A program made the position numbers and the translations under genes. From positions 2,624,136-2,688,135 of the forward strand of contig JBJBDC010000001.1 in assembly GCA_047285535.1 (NCBI GenBank): a stretch of 64,000 nucleotides of DNA. The letters are read 5' to 3'. Shown piece by piece: positions 1 through 9,486 of this stretch (position 1 is its first letter; each line of letters begins with the position of its first letter). Under the pieces are notes generated by a model. The model did not search any database, was not told where the DNA came from, and saw only the letters and a program-made list of their open reading frames with translations. The DNA comes from Synechococcus sp. (lineage in GTDB: Bacteria > Cyanobacteriota > Cyanobacteriia > PCC-6307 > Cyanobiaceae).

Positions 1-2
1 GT

Positions 3-806
3 TTAAGGCCCTCAGGAGTTGTTTCAGATAAACGTGTTTCTATAGACACGCAACCTGCCGAACTTCAAGGGATTGTGAGATCTTATAATAGACTTGCGGA
101 TCGATTGCAAGAATCTTGGAGTCAACAATTATTATTCATTCGAGCGGTCAGTCATGAGCTCATTACACCACTCGCATTGATTGGTAGTTCTGCAAGACGG
201 CTTGATCGACGCTTGACAGATCTTCCAGAATCTGATCGAAAACTCCTTTCAACGATTAAGACTGAGGTTTGGGATGCTGACCACTTAGTAAGAGATCTAG
301 TGGATTTGGCACGAAGTGAGTCAGGTAGTCTTCATTTAAAATTAGAGGAAGTAAGAGCTATCGAAATTATTGATAATCTTTCTGCTGAGCTTCAACCATT
401 AAATTGGGGTGGTCGTGTTGTGATGCCTTCGTCAGAGGAATTAAGAGAGGTAGAAACTGTATGCATTACTGTAAATGCACAACGTCTCCGTCAATGTATT
501 ATTAATGTCATGGAAAATGCTTCAAAATATTCTACTCCCGATACATCGATCGAGCTATCGGTTGGATCTGAAAATCATAAACTTTATTTTGATGTCAGGG
601 ATTACGGGCAAGGCATATCCGAGGAAGATCAGAAATTAATTTTTAAGGCCTTTCAGCGAGGAAAGAGCAATTTAGCTGACGTCCCAGGATCTGGAATTGG
701 ATTAGCCTTGGTTTATCAGATTGTGCAACTCATGAAAGGGCAAATCTTTATTTTAACTTCTGGTGAGAGCGGGACAGTAATGCGATTTGAATTTCCTACT
801 GAATAA
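3..806 (+). CDS. Two-component sensor histidine kinase, 5'-truncated by the window edge (end of HAMP, HisKA, HATPase)
   Basis: Frame is open from position 3 (LRPSGVVSDKRVSIDTQPAELQGIVRSYNRL, HAMP-like). H-box VSHELITPL, N-box NVMENASKYS, G1 DYGQGI, G2 GSGIGL. Confidence 0.92.
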   Translation, partial: LRPSGVVSDKRVSIDTQPAELQGIVRSYNRLADRLQESWSQQLLFIRAVSHELITPLALIGSSARRLDRRLTDLPESDRKLLSTIKTEVWDADHLVRDLVDLARSESGSLHLKLEEVRAIEIIDNLSAELQPLNWGGRVVMPSSEELREVETVCITVNAQRLRQCIINVMENASKYSTPDTSIELSVGSENHKLYFDVRDYGQGISEEDQKLIFKAFQRGKSNLADVPGSGIGLALVYQIVQLMKGQIFILTSGESGTVMRFEFPTE

Positions 807-2073
807 AAGGTAATGCTGTCTTAGGTTTTCATTGGGTCTATGATTCTTGCCATCAGCTTTTTTCTCTTAGACTTTCGTATATAGTCACTTCGTTGGAAAG
901 TTTGTTTTATCTTTCGCAATATAATGTGAATGGTGTCAAGTCATCCAGCATTTTATAGTGTATCCTTTGGCTCAGTCAGCCAACTTGATTCCTGGCGATT
1001 GTCAAATTCAGGCTCATGCATCCTTTGCTTCATGGGTTAGAATTATATTAGTAATATGTTGTCAATTTTGAAATCAAATGTTGAAAGTGGTTTGGTGGTA
1101 ATCCTTGCTCTTGATCTTTAATCTCTCTTTCTTAGGAAGATTGACTTTGGCCTTTTCAGGGGTTTAACAGTTATTGGTTGATCGAGAAAATTTCAATCTT
1201 CAGCGGTTTGCTTTTGTCCTTCTGCCTAGATACTTAATCAAGTTATTGCCGGCTAAAGGTTTTTCTTTGGGATGCATAGTTTAGATTAAGTGGGACTACT
1301 GGTTGTCAGAATCTGCTGAATCTGCTGAATATGGTGCTTAGTTGCAGGGCTTGTTCACGCTTAAGCCCTTTCCTCATCTATCAGAAGTTGATATTGGCAT
1401 TTGCAATCCAGTGATTGCATTTCTCTGCTTGAAGATGAGCACTTAGATATCGCATTCTTTAGCGTGTTGAAGCAATCAATTGTTTCACTCTTAGCCAACT
1501 TATTTGGCGTGGAGTCCGACTTGTAGCTTCCTGTAAGACAGCCTCAGTCTTAACACACTTGCCTTAAGATCCCTATCTCCTGCATGGACATTAATCAATA
1601 ACAGTCTATCTTCTCTTGCGGGTCTTTGTGTCGTTTGCAGCGTGTTCGGGCTCAAGTTTTAGGCTTCCTTTGAAGCTATTTTGAGTTGTATATCTTTCTG
1701 ATAGTACAAAATTTTAACGTCATCGATTGCTGTATTTATTGGTAAATGATATGCAAATATTATAGGCTCATTGTTTTTTATGTGCTCGTAGATCTGATGA
1801 GTATAAATAGCGGTTGGGTAATGTCTCTTATCATCCTTTGTCTTGACCTGCTGGCGATGGCGTTTGGATTCACTGGCTGATTTTCATTGCTTGGCTTGAG
1901 CTTCGTCAAGCTGTTTTTGTATTCATTGATGCCAAAAGATTTGATCATTTGCGTTTAGCATTTTTCCATGCTAATTGTTTGAATATAGTTGTTTACTTAT
2001 GTTATTCTTTATAAGATTTCTGTTGACTTAAGGGGCAACCGTTGCCATTTTGGTGATGAAACCTTAGATCCAA

Positions 2074-2478
2074 TTGCTTTTACCCGTGCCACCAATTAAA
2101 GCTGAAGAAATCCCAAAGCTCCCATTGCTTGTCGTTGATGATGATCCTCGAATTCGCTCTGCGCTTGAAAATGAATTAGGGGAACTAGGAGCGACATCTA
2201 TTTTCTTTGATAATGGCTTTGATCTTATCGAGTATGCATCGAACAATCCTTCGGCTGGTATTTTTGTAGACTTACTTCTGCCTCAAATGAATGGCATTGA
2301 CTGCGTTAAGCGCTTAAGGGAACTTGGATATCAAGGTTTTATCATCATATGCACCAGTCTTTGGGATCAGGAGATTCGGAAACAGGCACTTGATGCAGGA
2401 GCTACTGATTATTTTATTAAGTCAGATCTCTTTAATGAGCTGGAGTCGATTCTGTCACGTTATTGCGAAGCAGCGTAG
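2074..2478 (+). CDS. Single-domain response regulator (CheY-like receiver)
   Basis: LLVVDDD acidic pocket, phosphoacceptor IFVDLLLPQMNG, conserved T (IICTS) and K (GATDYFIK). No output domain. TTG start is uncertain. Confidence 0.88.
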   Translation: MLLPVPPIKAEEIPKLPLLVVDDDPRIRSALENELGELGATSIFFDNGFDLIEYASNNPSAGIFVDLLLPQMNGIDCVKRLRELGYQGFIIICTSLWDQEIRKQALDAGATDYFIKSDLFNELESILSRYCEAA

Positions 2479-3192
2479 TCATGTTCATCTGATTGATGGC
2501 TGTGAGTTGTTCTTCATTGTTTAAGGTTCGATTGTCTCGTCTCTCCACATCTCCGATCGCCTGAAGTGGATGCGTGTTTTCTTCTGTCATGGTTGATAGC
2601 CCTCAGTGTCAAGCGTTCGCTTCGCTTGTCTTTACTAAATTTAGACGTTCATCTTTTGGTTGCACATCGATTGATTCGCAATTGACGCTCTGCATTATTT
2701 TCTCCTCTGTTACTGATCTGTTTGATCGGGTGAAAAGTCGTGTGTATAGAATTGGCCTTAACGTATTGCTTGCTGTACTGCCTGATCAGTACTTAAGTCC
2801 AGGTCAGTTCAACGGAAAAGGTTAGATCTATTGTTAATGCACGATGCTCAGACCCAAGTGAATAGATATGCTCTACCTAGCTAACTTCATCATCAAAAGC
2901 GATAGGCAGGATTTCAATTGGCGTTGGTTTTTAAGTTGCCACTTTTGAAAATTTGTTTTACTGTTCTCGTGTTGTGATGTGTTTTAGGTTTAGTACTTGC
3001 TTTTGCTCTTTTCCGGCGCTTGTCATGGTCAAATCAATATTTTTTATGGATGAATAGCTGTCGTAATTGGAGGCTAATGAGTAGTTTCCTTCATCAGTTT
3101 AATCTGATCCTTGTCAGGATGGAGATTGATGATGGTCGCTCCCTGTGGTTCAAGTTTTAATGTGATATTCATTCAAGGCTAATGCCTTAGCG

Positions 3193-3870
3193 TTGCCGAT
3201 GATTTTGTCGCTGCTTGGAATGGCGGTGATTTGGTCTGCTTCACCAGTGCTGGCATCAGAGCAGTCCTGCAAGGGCACTTTGTTGCAAATACAAGTTCAG
3301 GAAAGTGGGACGATCGCCAGCGATCGTTTTCGTTTTTCTCTGGAATTGCAGGCGGAAGCTTCAACCAAATCGGCCGCGTTGGCCTTGCTTCGCCAACGCC
3401 TGGATCGAGTGCGCCAAGACTTGAAGCATCTGGCTCTTGGTTCTCTTACGATTCCTGCTCCGCTTAGCTTTTCGTCTGGAGGAGCTGACTCTGCTCCAAG
3501 GATGGAGCACGCCAGTACAAGTGTTCGTGGTGAGGTCAGTCGTGGTCAATACGATGCGTTGATTCAAGCTGCTGCTCGTTTGCCTGGGGTTCGTCTGCAG
3601 GACATGACAGCCTTGGCTTCAATGACCGGTGAAATTGTCCTGCAGGATCGGCTGATGAAACAGGCCTTGCAGAAAGGAAGTCGCCAGGCGAAAGCCACCG
3701 CAGGATTGTTGGGATTGAGTCGAATCGAGCTACTTCGAAAGAATCAGCGCAGTGGAGGTATTCGGCCAGTGACCTATGAAGCCAGGACGTCTATGCCTAG
3801 ATTCCGTCCAGAAGAGGCGGCACAACCCATGCAATCGCTGATTCTTGACTTGGATTATTGCTTGCATTGA
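3193..3870 (+). CDS. SIMPL (DUF541)-like exported protein
   Basis: Signal-peptide-like N-terminus ending ..SPVLA. Pattern of beta-strand, helix (AALALLRQRLDRV) and LMKQALQKGSRQAKATAGLLG resembles the SIMPL family. Confidence 0.65.
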   Translation: MPMILSLLGMAVIWSASPVLASEQSCKGTLLQIQVQESGTIASDRFRFSLELQAEASTKSAALALLRQRLDRVRQDLKHLALGSLTIPAPLSFSSGGADSAPRMEHASTSVRGEVSRGQYDALIQAAARLPGVRLQDMTALASMTGEIVLQDRLMKQALQKGSRQAKATAGLLGLSRIELLRKNQRSGGIRPVTYEARTSMPRFRPEEAAQPMQSLILDLDYCLH

Positions 3871-3908
3871 GCGTGCTGGACACACTGAAGCCGTGATTCG
3901 CTCTGGGT

Positions 3909-5099
3909 ATGCGGAATCGTCTTTTGTGGATGGTCAGCTTGCTATTTGTGGCTTGGTTGGTCTGGGCTGAGACCAGTTTTCAGTTTTATGACCATGCTCT
4001 AGGTCGTGACCTGCAGCTCTCAGCGAGTCGCGTCTCGCTCATTGCTGGAAGTTTTTTGGTGCCTTACGGGTTGCTGCAGATCCCGGTGGGGCGTCTGCTT
4101 GATCAGGGCAGGGTGGACCGCTGGGTCTGGATCGCTGCTCTGGTTGCCTCTGGATTCAGTTTGACGTTTGCGTTCAGTACGGATCTTGTGGCTCTGATGG
4201 TCAGCCGCATGGGAATGGGTGTGGCCTGTGCTGTCGCTTTTCCAGCTTCAGCTCTGCTTGCCCGTCGAACCCTGCCGACCAGGAGGTTTGCTTTTGCAAT
4301 GGGATTAGCGGATAGCTTGTTGGGCTGGGGTGCGGCTTTTGCTGCAGTTGTCCCGCTGGCTTTCCCTGGAACTGTTTGGCGTCATTTGGTCTTGTTGCAA
4401 GCTCTGTTGTTAGCGCTGTTGGTGGTTGTGCCGGTGGTTTTGCTAGGGCGTGGTTGGCAGCCTCCACAACATTCGAGTCAGCACTTGGAATCCTTCCGTT
4501 CTGCTCAGTGGGATCGCAAAGGCATCGGTCAGGTGATCAAAGGATGTTTGATGTATGCATGGGGTGGTGGTTTCGTCTTTGGTCTGGCCCAGTACGGATT
4601 GATCTCAGGGTTGCGTTCTTGGGGTGGTGAGCGAATGCAATGGATGTCGTTGACGATGTCATTTGGGATTGGACTTGGAATGGTTTTGTCTGGTTGGATT
4701 GGTAGTCGTTCAAGCCGTCGGGGGCTTGTACTGCTTTCAGGTACAGGTCTCAACTTGTTGGCCTTGATCGCCTTGTTGCGACTTTCTAATGAAGCGGCAG
4801 GAGCATTGCTGTTATCAGCCTTGGCTCTTGGTCTGGGCCTTGGCGTCTCAGTACTGGCTTTCCCGATTGCTGAAGAGGCGGCACCGCCAGGGCAGACCGC
4901 CTTAACTGTTGCAACCGTGAACACCACAGGGACTGTGATGGGAGGAGTGATGTCAATAGTGTCTGGATTGATTTTGGAGGCATCAGCACCTGGAGATCTC
5001 ACTCCAGTGCTGGCGGTATACGGACTTCTGGGAATTTTTGGTGTAGTGATAGCGGCTTGGATTCAGCGGACCATCGCACCAACTCAAACAGCGATATGA
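3909..5099 (+). CDS. MFS transporter
   Basis: About 12 hydrophobic segments. MFS motif A-like YGLLQIPVGRLLDQGR and SRMGMG in the fourth segment. Confidence 0.88.
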   Translation: MRNRLLWMVSLLFVAWLVWAETSFQFYDHALGRDLQLSASRVSLIAGSFLVPYGLLQIPVGRLLDQGRVDRWVWIAALVASGFSLTFAFSTDLVALMVSRMGMGVACAVAFPASALLARRTLPTRRFAFAMGLADSLLGWGAAFAAVVPLAFPGTVWRHLVLLQALLLALLVVVPVVLLGRGWQPPQHSSQHLESFRSAQWDRKGIGQVIKGCLMYAWGGGFVFGLAQYGLISGLRSWGGERMQWMSLTMSFGIGLGMVLSGWIGSRSSRRGLVLLSGTGLNLLALIALLRLSNEAAGALLLSALALGLGLGVSVLAFPIAEEAAPPGQTALTVATVNTTGTVMGGVMSIVSGLILEASAPGDLTPVLAVYGLLGIFGVVIAAWIQRTIAPTQTAI

Positions 5100-5110
5100 C
5101 CGCTGCATTT

Positions 5111-5490
5111 TCATTCTTTAACAGCCAACCTCGGAGCACTCCAAAGAGTAAACAAAACTAGAGAAGTCAGTAGCGGAACTGCTGTGATCACGATGAAAGC
5201 TTGAAGAGCATCGATGGACGTACTTTCGCCCAGGCCGGTACCGATTCTCAGCAGCACTAAGGTGAGGCTGCCAATCATGAGAGCCCAGAATAGTTGCATC
5301 CTTTGAGATGGTTCATTGCGTCAGCTCACCACCATGGCCGCTGCATCGCTCATCGAATCGGCCATCGTGCTCTTGAATAAGACCACCAGCAAGAGCCCGA
5401 CAGGGTTCAGGGGGCCATCCAGCTGCAGCGCGCTCAGGATTGCGAGCAATGCTGCAGCTGCTTTGCGCTAGTGCTTCAGTGGAAAGTTGT
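5111..5490 (-). pseudogene. BCCT-family (betaine/choline/carnitine) transporter remnant, C-terminal part
   Basis: Manual translation gives AAAALLAILSALQLDGPLNPVGLLLVVLFKSTMADSMSDAAAMVVS*RNEPSQRMQLFWALMIGSLTLVLL..IDALQAFIVITAVP. In-frame TGA at 5321-5323 and a likely frameshift near 5465. Resembles BCCT C-terminal T-S-A-D-S, FWA and ALQ motifs. Confidence 0.82.
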
Positions 5491-5683
5491 TCATCCATTC
5501 TGTGTTCAAGCGTGAGACATGGCTGAGCAGGAAGCAATTGGAAAAGTTTGTTTGCATTCCCAAAGGCAAATCTCAACAACAGATGATATTTCGACCAAAT
5601 AAAAGTATTAAATATGTTTTGTGCTGTTCGAATTCCTGGTTTTTAACTTGCTGATAGGCGTAAGTTACAGCTAAATTAAGCCT

Positions 5684-6454
5684 ATGCTGAATCTGCTGGC
5701 TCAACTTGCAACTGATGCGTTTGAGTTGGGAAGAGCTTCCACCTCAATCCATCTCACAGCAGGGTCCCTCGCCCTTGTTTTTGGACCCCTTACCACGTTT
5801 ACTCGAAAAGGATGAGGAAGGCATCGATTGGCAGGAAAGATTGGAGTTGGATTACTCCTCATTGTCATGGCAACATCTTTTGTCCTGTTGATACTGCAGG
5901 TTGTATTGCCAATACCAGAAAATATTTCCTACAAGCAAGATGCAGTCAACTTTCTGACCCTCGTTTCCTGGCTGGAACTTATTCGATATTGCAGGGATAC
6001 CGATGGTCAGTGAACCACAAACCTAAGCTTGATTCAGATGTTGTCCTTATGGGAATGGCTGCATTTCTAGCGATCTTTTCCTTCTGCAATGCTGTAGTAG
6101 ACCTTTAGCTTTTCCCGTACACGTCAACAGACAAATCTCTGCCAATGAGCCCCATTGCAGCGACAATGATTACATTTGCCGATGGCGGCCTTTTTGCCTA
6201 TTTCACCTACGACGACATGAAAAACCTATTTGAAAGGCAAAGTCACACGACAAGAAAGAGTCCTAAAGCATAAATATAGAATCATGGCAGCACTTGGCGC
6301 TGCTTTTACGGCAGTTATCGTCACTAGTATGGGGGCTATGTTTGTTGCAAATCATTGAAATCCTTGGCCTCTTTGCATAGTGCCTCCAACTATTTTCGCA
6401 GGCTTGACGATGTATTTGGCTGATCGCGTAAAAATTCGAGAACAGCTTGATTAA
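5684..6454 (+). pseudogene. Decayed membrane protein gene (DUF2306-like)
   Basis: ATG 5684 gives MLNLLAQ..IHLTAGSLALVFGPLTTFTRKG*GRHRLAGKIGVGLLLIVMATS with TGA at 5813-5815. Further stops at 6106-6108 and 6356-6358 and frameshifts near 6000 and 6265. Distal part reads HKYRIMAALGAAFTAVIV. Confidence 0.6.
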
Positions 6455-6792
6455 GTCAGTCATGGCACAGTCTCGCGAAAAGTTCGACCTGTGTTGGCAC
6501 CATTGATTGGACAGGAGTTACTCCCTTGGAGGCAACTTTCTCTGCACAAATAACCCTATCAAATCTGTTGTTCAAGTATTCCTTCGTGAATTGCATCCGG
6601 TGTGGGTTTGAAAGAACTAGCGTGACTAGTGTTTTGCAGCAGTTTTCTCACCTTCTCTTGGATCAATAACTGTATTTCCCTGCTAACACCTAAGATGTGT
6701 GAGTATGTGCTCTCTTGACCGTTCATTCGATTGGGTGAATTCTGTAAGGCCGTGATGCAGACGTATTTGTTGGGTATTACAGATTCGATGAA

Positions 6793-7313
6793 GAGTTGTC
6801 CAGCGTTATGGCTGAGTTCAAGGGAGAGGAAGCTCGGAGATGTCCAAAATTGCCGGCGATTGCTGCTACAACCGAAAGGCCATCAGCTCAGTCGCCGATG
6901 GGGCCTTTGACCAGACCTTTGGGCAGGATGTTGATCCGTAGGGTGCGTGCCTGCAGAGGTTTGCCCCACTGTTCCAGAATTGAGAATGTGACCCAGTAGT
7001 TGTTGCAACAAGAGCCCAGGCCCGGAAGCCCCAGTGAAGGGAAGATCACCGCTTAGAAGGGATCGACTGCTGCCTCAGTGCTCCCAGCCACTCCCTTAAA
7101 GATTGGTATAGGGGCTTGAAAGTGCTAGATCGGCTCAGCCGCAGACCAGAAGACACCGCCGCCTGCAAGCAGCGTGCACATCAAGACGGTGCACCACTCA
7201 AAGACTTTGAGTCTTGGCTTTGCTGTTACTCCACCCAACCGAAGGTGTCCCACTGGACTGATCGCAATGGTCAGGTCGATCAGGAATAGGGGTACAAGGA
7301 TCCACTGCCCTAA
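6793..7313 (-). pseudogene. BCCT-family transporter remnant, N-terminal part
   Basis: Manual translation gives LGQWILVPLFL..ISPVGHLRLGG..KPRLKVFEWCTVLMCTLLAGGGVFWSAAEPI*HF..DPF*AVIF/HWGFRAWALVA..GPIGD*ADGLSVVAAIAG. Stops at 7125-7127, 7053-7055 and 6888-6890, plus frameshifts. Retains BCCT motifs G-x-L-R-L-G, FW-x-x-AEP and HWG-x-x-AW. Confidence 0.88.
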
Positions 7314-7374
7314 CCCTGGTCATGAGCAAAGGGCTCAGTACAAGGTTGTTCTGTCAGTCATTCACAATATGGCT

Positions 7375-7974
7375 TCAGTCTTGGCTTTGGTGAGCACCGA
7401 GAAGTATTTCCAGCTCTGGTTTTAGCAGAGCAAAGGCTCGTCCTCGATGTCCGTGTTTTTTTTTGGTTTCTAGGCTCATTTCAGCAAAGGTGAGCCCACT
7501 GTCCTTGACCTCAAAAACTGGGTCATAACCGAAGCCTTGGGCACCGCGAGCAGAGAAGGTGATCGATCCTTCACAGTGCCCTTCTACTTCGGCAAGCGTG
7601 CTGCCGTCTGGGGCCGCAATGCAAAGGGCAGCGCTAAAGCGGGCCTGTCTGTTGTTGCAGTCTCCTAGTTCCCGCAAGAGACGTTGAATCCGTTCTGGAT
7701 CGGAGGCTGCGTATCGTGCGGAATAGACACCTGGCGCTCCATCAAGAGCATCAACGCTCAGGCCTGAATCATCGGCGAGTGCCCAATGGCCTGTTGCTGC
7801 GGCGACAGCCTTTGCTTTCAGGATGGCGTTATCGCGGAAGGTGTTGCCGCTTTCTACGACTTGAATCCCCTCTGGTTGTGCCTCAACGTGTAGCGGAAAA
7901 CCATGCAGCAGGCTTGAAAATTCTTGGATTTTGCCGGCATTGCCGCTGGCAATGACCAAAACGCGATCTTTCAT
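7375..7974 (-). CDS. rdgB: RdgB/HAM1 non-canonical purine NTP pyrophosphatase
   Basis: IASGNAGKIQE, LADDSGL, APGVYSARY, FGYDPVF and HRGRA motifs. ATG at 7974 overlaps the upstream stop (ATGA). Confidence 0.95.
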   Translation of the reverse strand: MKDRVLVIASGNAGKIQEFSSLLHGFPLHVEAQPEGIQVVESGNTFRDNAILKAKAVAAATGHWALADDSGLSVDALDGAPGVYSARYAASDPERIQRLLRELGDCNNRQARFSAALCIAAPDGSTLAEVEGHCEGSITFSARGAQGFGYDPVFEVKDSGLTFAEMSLETKKKHGHRGRAFALLKPELEILLGAHQSQD

Positions 7975-9434
7975 ATTGTTTCTGCAAAGGTGCGGGCCCA
8001 ACTCAGAACTTCAGCGAGCCGTGACTGGGTCGGAGCTTCGCAATAAACGCGAAGTAAAGGTTCTGTCCCCGAGAAGCGAAGCATTAGCCAATGGCTTGGG
8101 CCAAGTCTTAACTTGATCCCGTCTATGGTCACTACCTCCTGCACGGCGCACCCGGCCACTTCTTGGGGAGGCTTGTCCGCTAACAGACTTTCTAGTCGAC
8201 GGCGGCAGTCCATATCGGCTAGGTGCAGATCAAGTCGGTCGTAATAGGCCTCCCCACCACAACGTTTTTGAAGTGCATGCATACGAGCACCTAATGGAAG
8301 CCCTCCTTCCACCAAGGCTTCAAGCACAAGCATGGCTGCAAAGAGGGCGTCACGTTCGGGCAGGTGCATCCCAAATCCCACCCCGCCGGACTCCTCGCCG
8401 CCGATCAGGACCTCCCTGCTAAGCATTTCGGCAGCGATGTATTTGAAGCCCACGGGAAGTTCGAGCACTTCACGCCCCAGATTTTCCGCAACCACTCGCA
8501 TTAAATCGGAGCCGCTGACCGTTTTGACCACCAAACCTGGAAGATTCCTGGCCCTCGCCAAGTGGTCGGTGAGCAGCGGCATTAATTGTTGAGTGCTGCA
8601 GAAGATTCCATTCTCATCAACAGCAGCGACTCGGTCGCCATCGCCGTCAAATACCAGTCCTACGGCGTGCTGACCTGCTTCTTTTGAAGCTTTCACTGCT
8701 GCAATCAGTTGCTTCAGATTAGGGGCCAGGGGCTCGGGCGCATACCCCCCGAATAAAGGATCACGGACGCTTCGTATCTCGGTGATCAGATCCTTGGCAT
8801 CAGGTCCAAACAGATCAGAAATGCAACCGGCTGCAGAGCCATGCATGGGATCCACGATCACGCGTAAACCCATCGCTCGGAGCCCATGGGTCAGCGGCTT
8901 GAGATCTAATTTTGTTCGCAACCCTGCAAGATGTTCACTACGGCCATCAAAACGTTCGTAACGACTCGCCAACGGCATTGTGATGCCACCAGCGGTTAAT
9001 CGTCGTTCCACCGCTGCGGTGAATGTGCCTTCAACCGATCCACCAAATGGACCTTTGATTTTCAAGCCAATCCATTCTGGAGGATTATGGCTTGCTGTGA
9101 TGACAAGTGCTCCCAGCGCTTGCCTCTCCACTACTGCCCAGCTGCAGGCAGGAGTCGGTACTGCAGTGTTGGTCAGTAGTGGTTTTAGGTCGCAGCCTTG
9201 AACTGCTGCAGCAACGGCTTCGGCGAGTTCAGGGGCGAGGAAGCGGCGGTCATAGCCAATCACCACAGTCCTGCTATTAATGCTTCTAGGCGCCTGATGG
9301 GCTAGCTCCTGGGCGGCAGCAACGGCTACAGGAATCAACCGTTCCATTGTGATATCAACTCCCAGAATGCCTCGCCAACCATCGGTGCCAAAACGGATCG
9401 GAGACGCAACCAGCGGGAGAGGAGCAGACACCAT
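7971..9434 (-). CDS. Phosphoglucomutase/phosphomannomutase family protein
   Basis: FGTDGWRG, catalytic ITASHNP, metal loop DGDGDR, GGEESGG, RFSGTEP. Confidence 0.93.
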   Translation of the reverse strand: MVSAPLPLVASPIRFGTDGWRGILGVDITMERLIPVAVAAAQELAHQAPRSINSRTVVIGYDRRFLAPELAEAVAAAVQGCDLKPLLTNTAVPTPACSWAVVERQALGALVITASHNPPEWIGLKIKGPFGGSVEGTFTAAVERRLTAGGITMPLASRYERFDGRSEHLAGLRTKLDLKPLTHGLRAMGLRVIVDPMHGSAAGCISDLFGPDAKDLITEIRSVRDPLFGGYAPEPLAPNLKQLIAAVKASKEAGQHAVGLVFDGDGDRVAAVDENGIFCSTQQLMPLLTDHLARARNLPGLVVKTVSGSDLMRVVAENLGREVLELPVGFKYIAAEMLSREVLIGGEESGGVGFGMHLPERDALFAAMLVLEALVEGGLPLGARMHALQKRCGGEAYYDRLDLHLADMDCRRRLESLLADKPPQEVAGCAVQEVVTIDGIKLRLGPSHWLMLRFSGTEPLLRVYCEAPTQSRLAEVLSWARTFAETI

Positions 9435-9486
9435 GGGTAGCAATCGGTTCACTGGATCTAGCAGCTGGCCGGCTTAACGTGGATTA

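Noticed and set aside
1309..1330. 9-bp tandem repeat GAATCTGCT x2.4, sharing a 14-mer (TGCTGAATCTGCTG) with 5685-5698
   Set aside because: Too short and has no spacers, so it is not CRISPR. A few 14-mer matches are expected by chance in 64 kb.
2574..2825. 83-aa ORF in the AT-rich spacer
   Set aside because: GTG start, no recognisable motif and atypical composition. Probably spurious.
5313..5579. 88-aa ORF on the minus strand
   Set aside because: Mostly an off-frame reading of the BCCT remnant.
5321..6890. Several in-frame TGA codons in the two pseudogenes, suggesting stop-codon recoding or selenocysteine
   Set aside because: The same genes also contain TAG and TAA stops and frameshifts, and core genes in the window terminate normally at TGA. 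This is simple decay.
6796..7425. Plus-strand ORFs 6796-6999 and 7174-7425
   Set aside because: Antisense shadows of the BCCT pseudogene and the rdgB 3' end.
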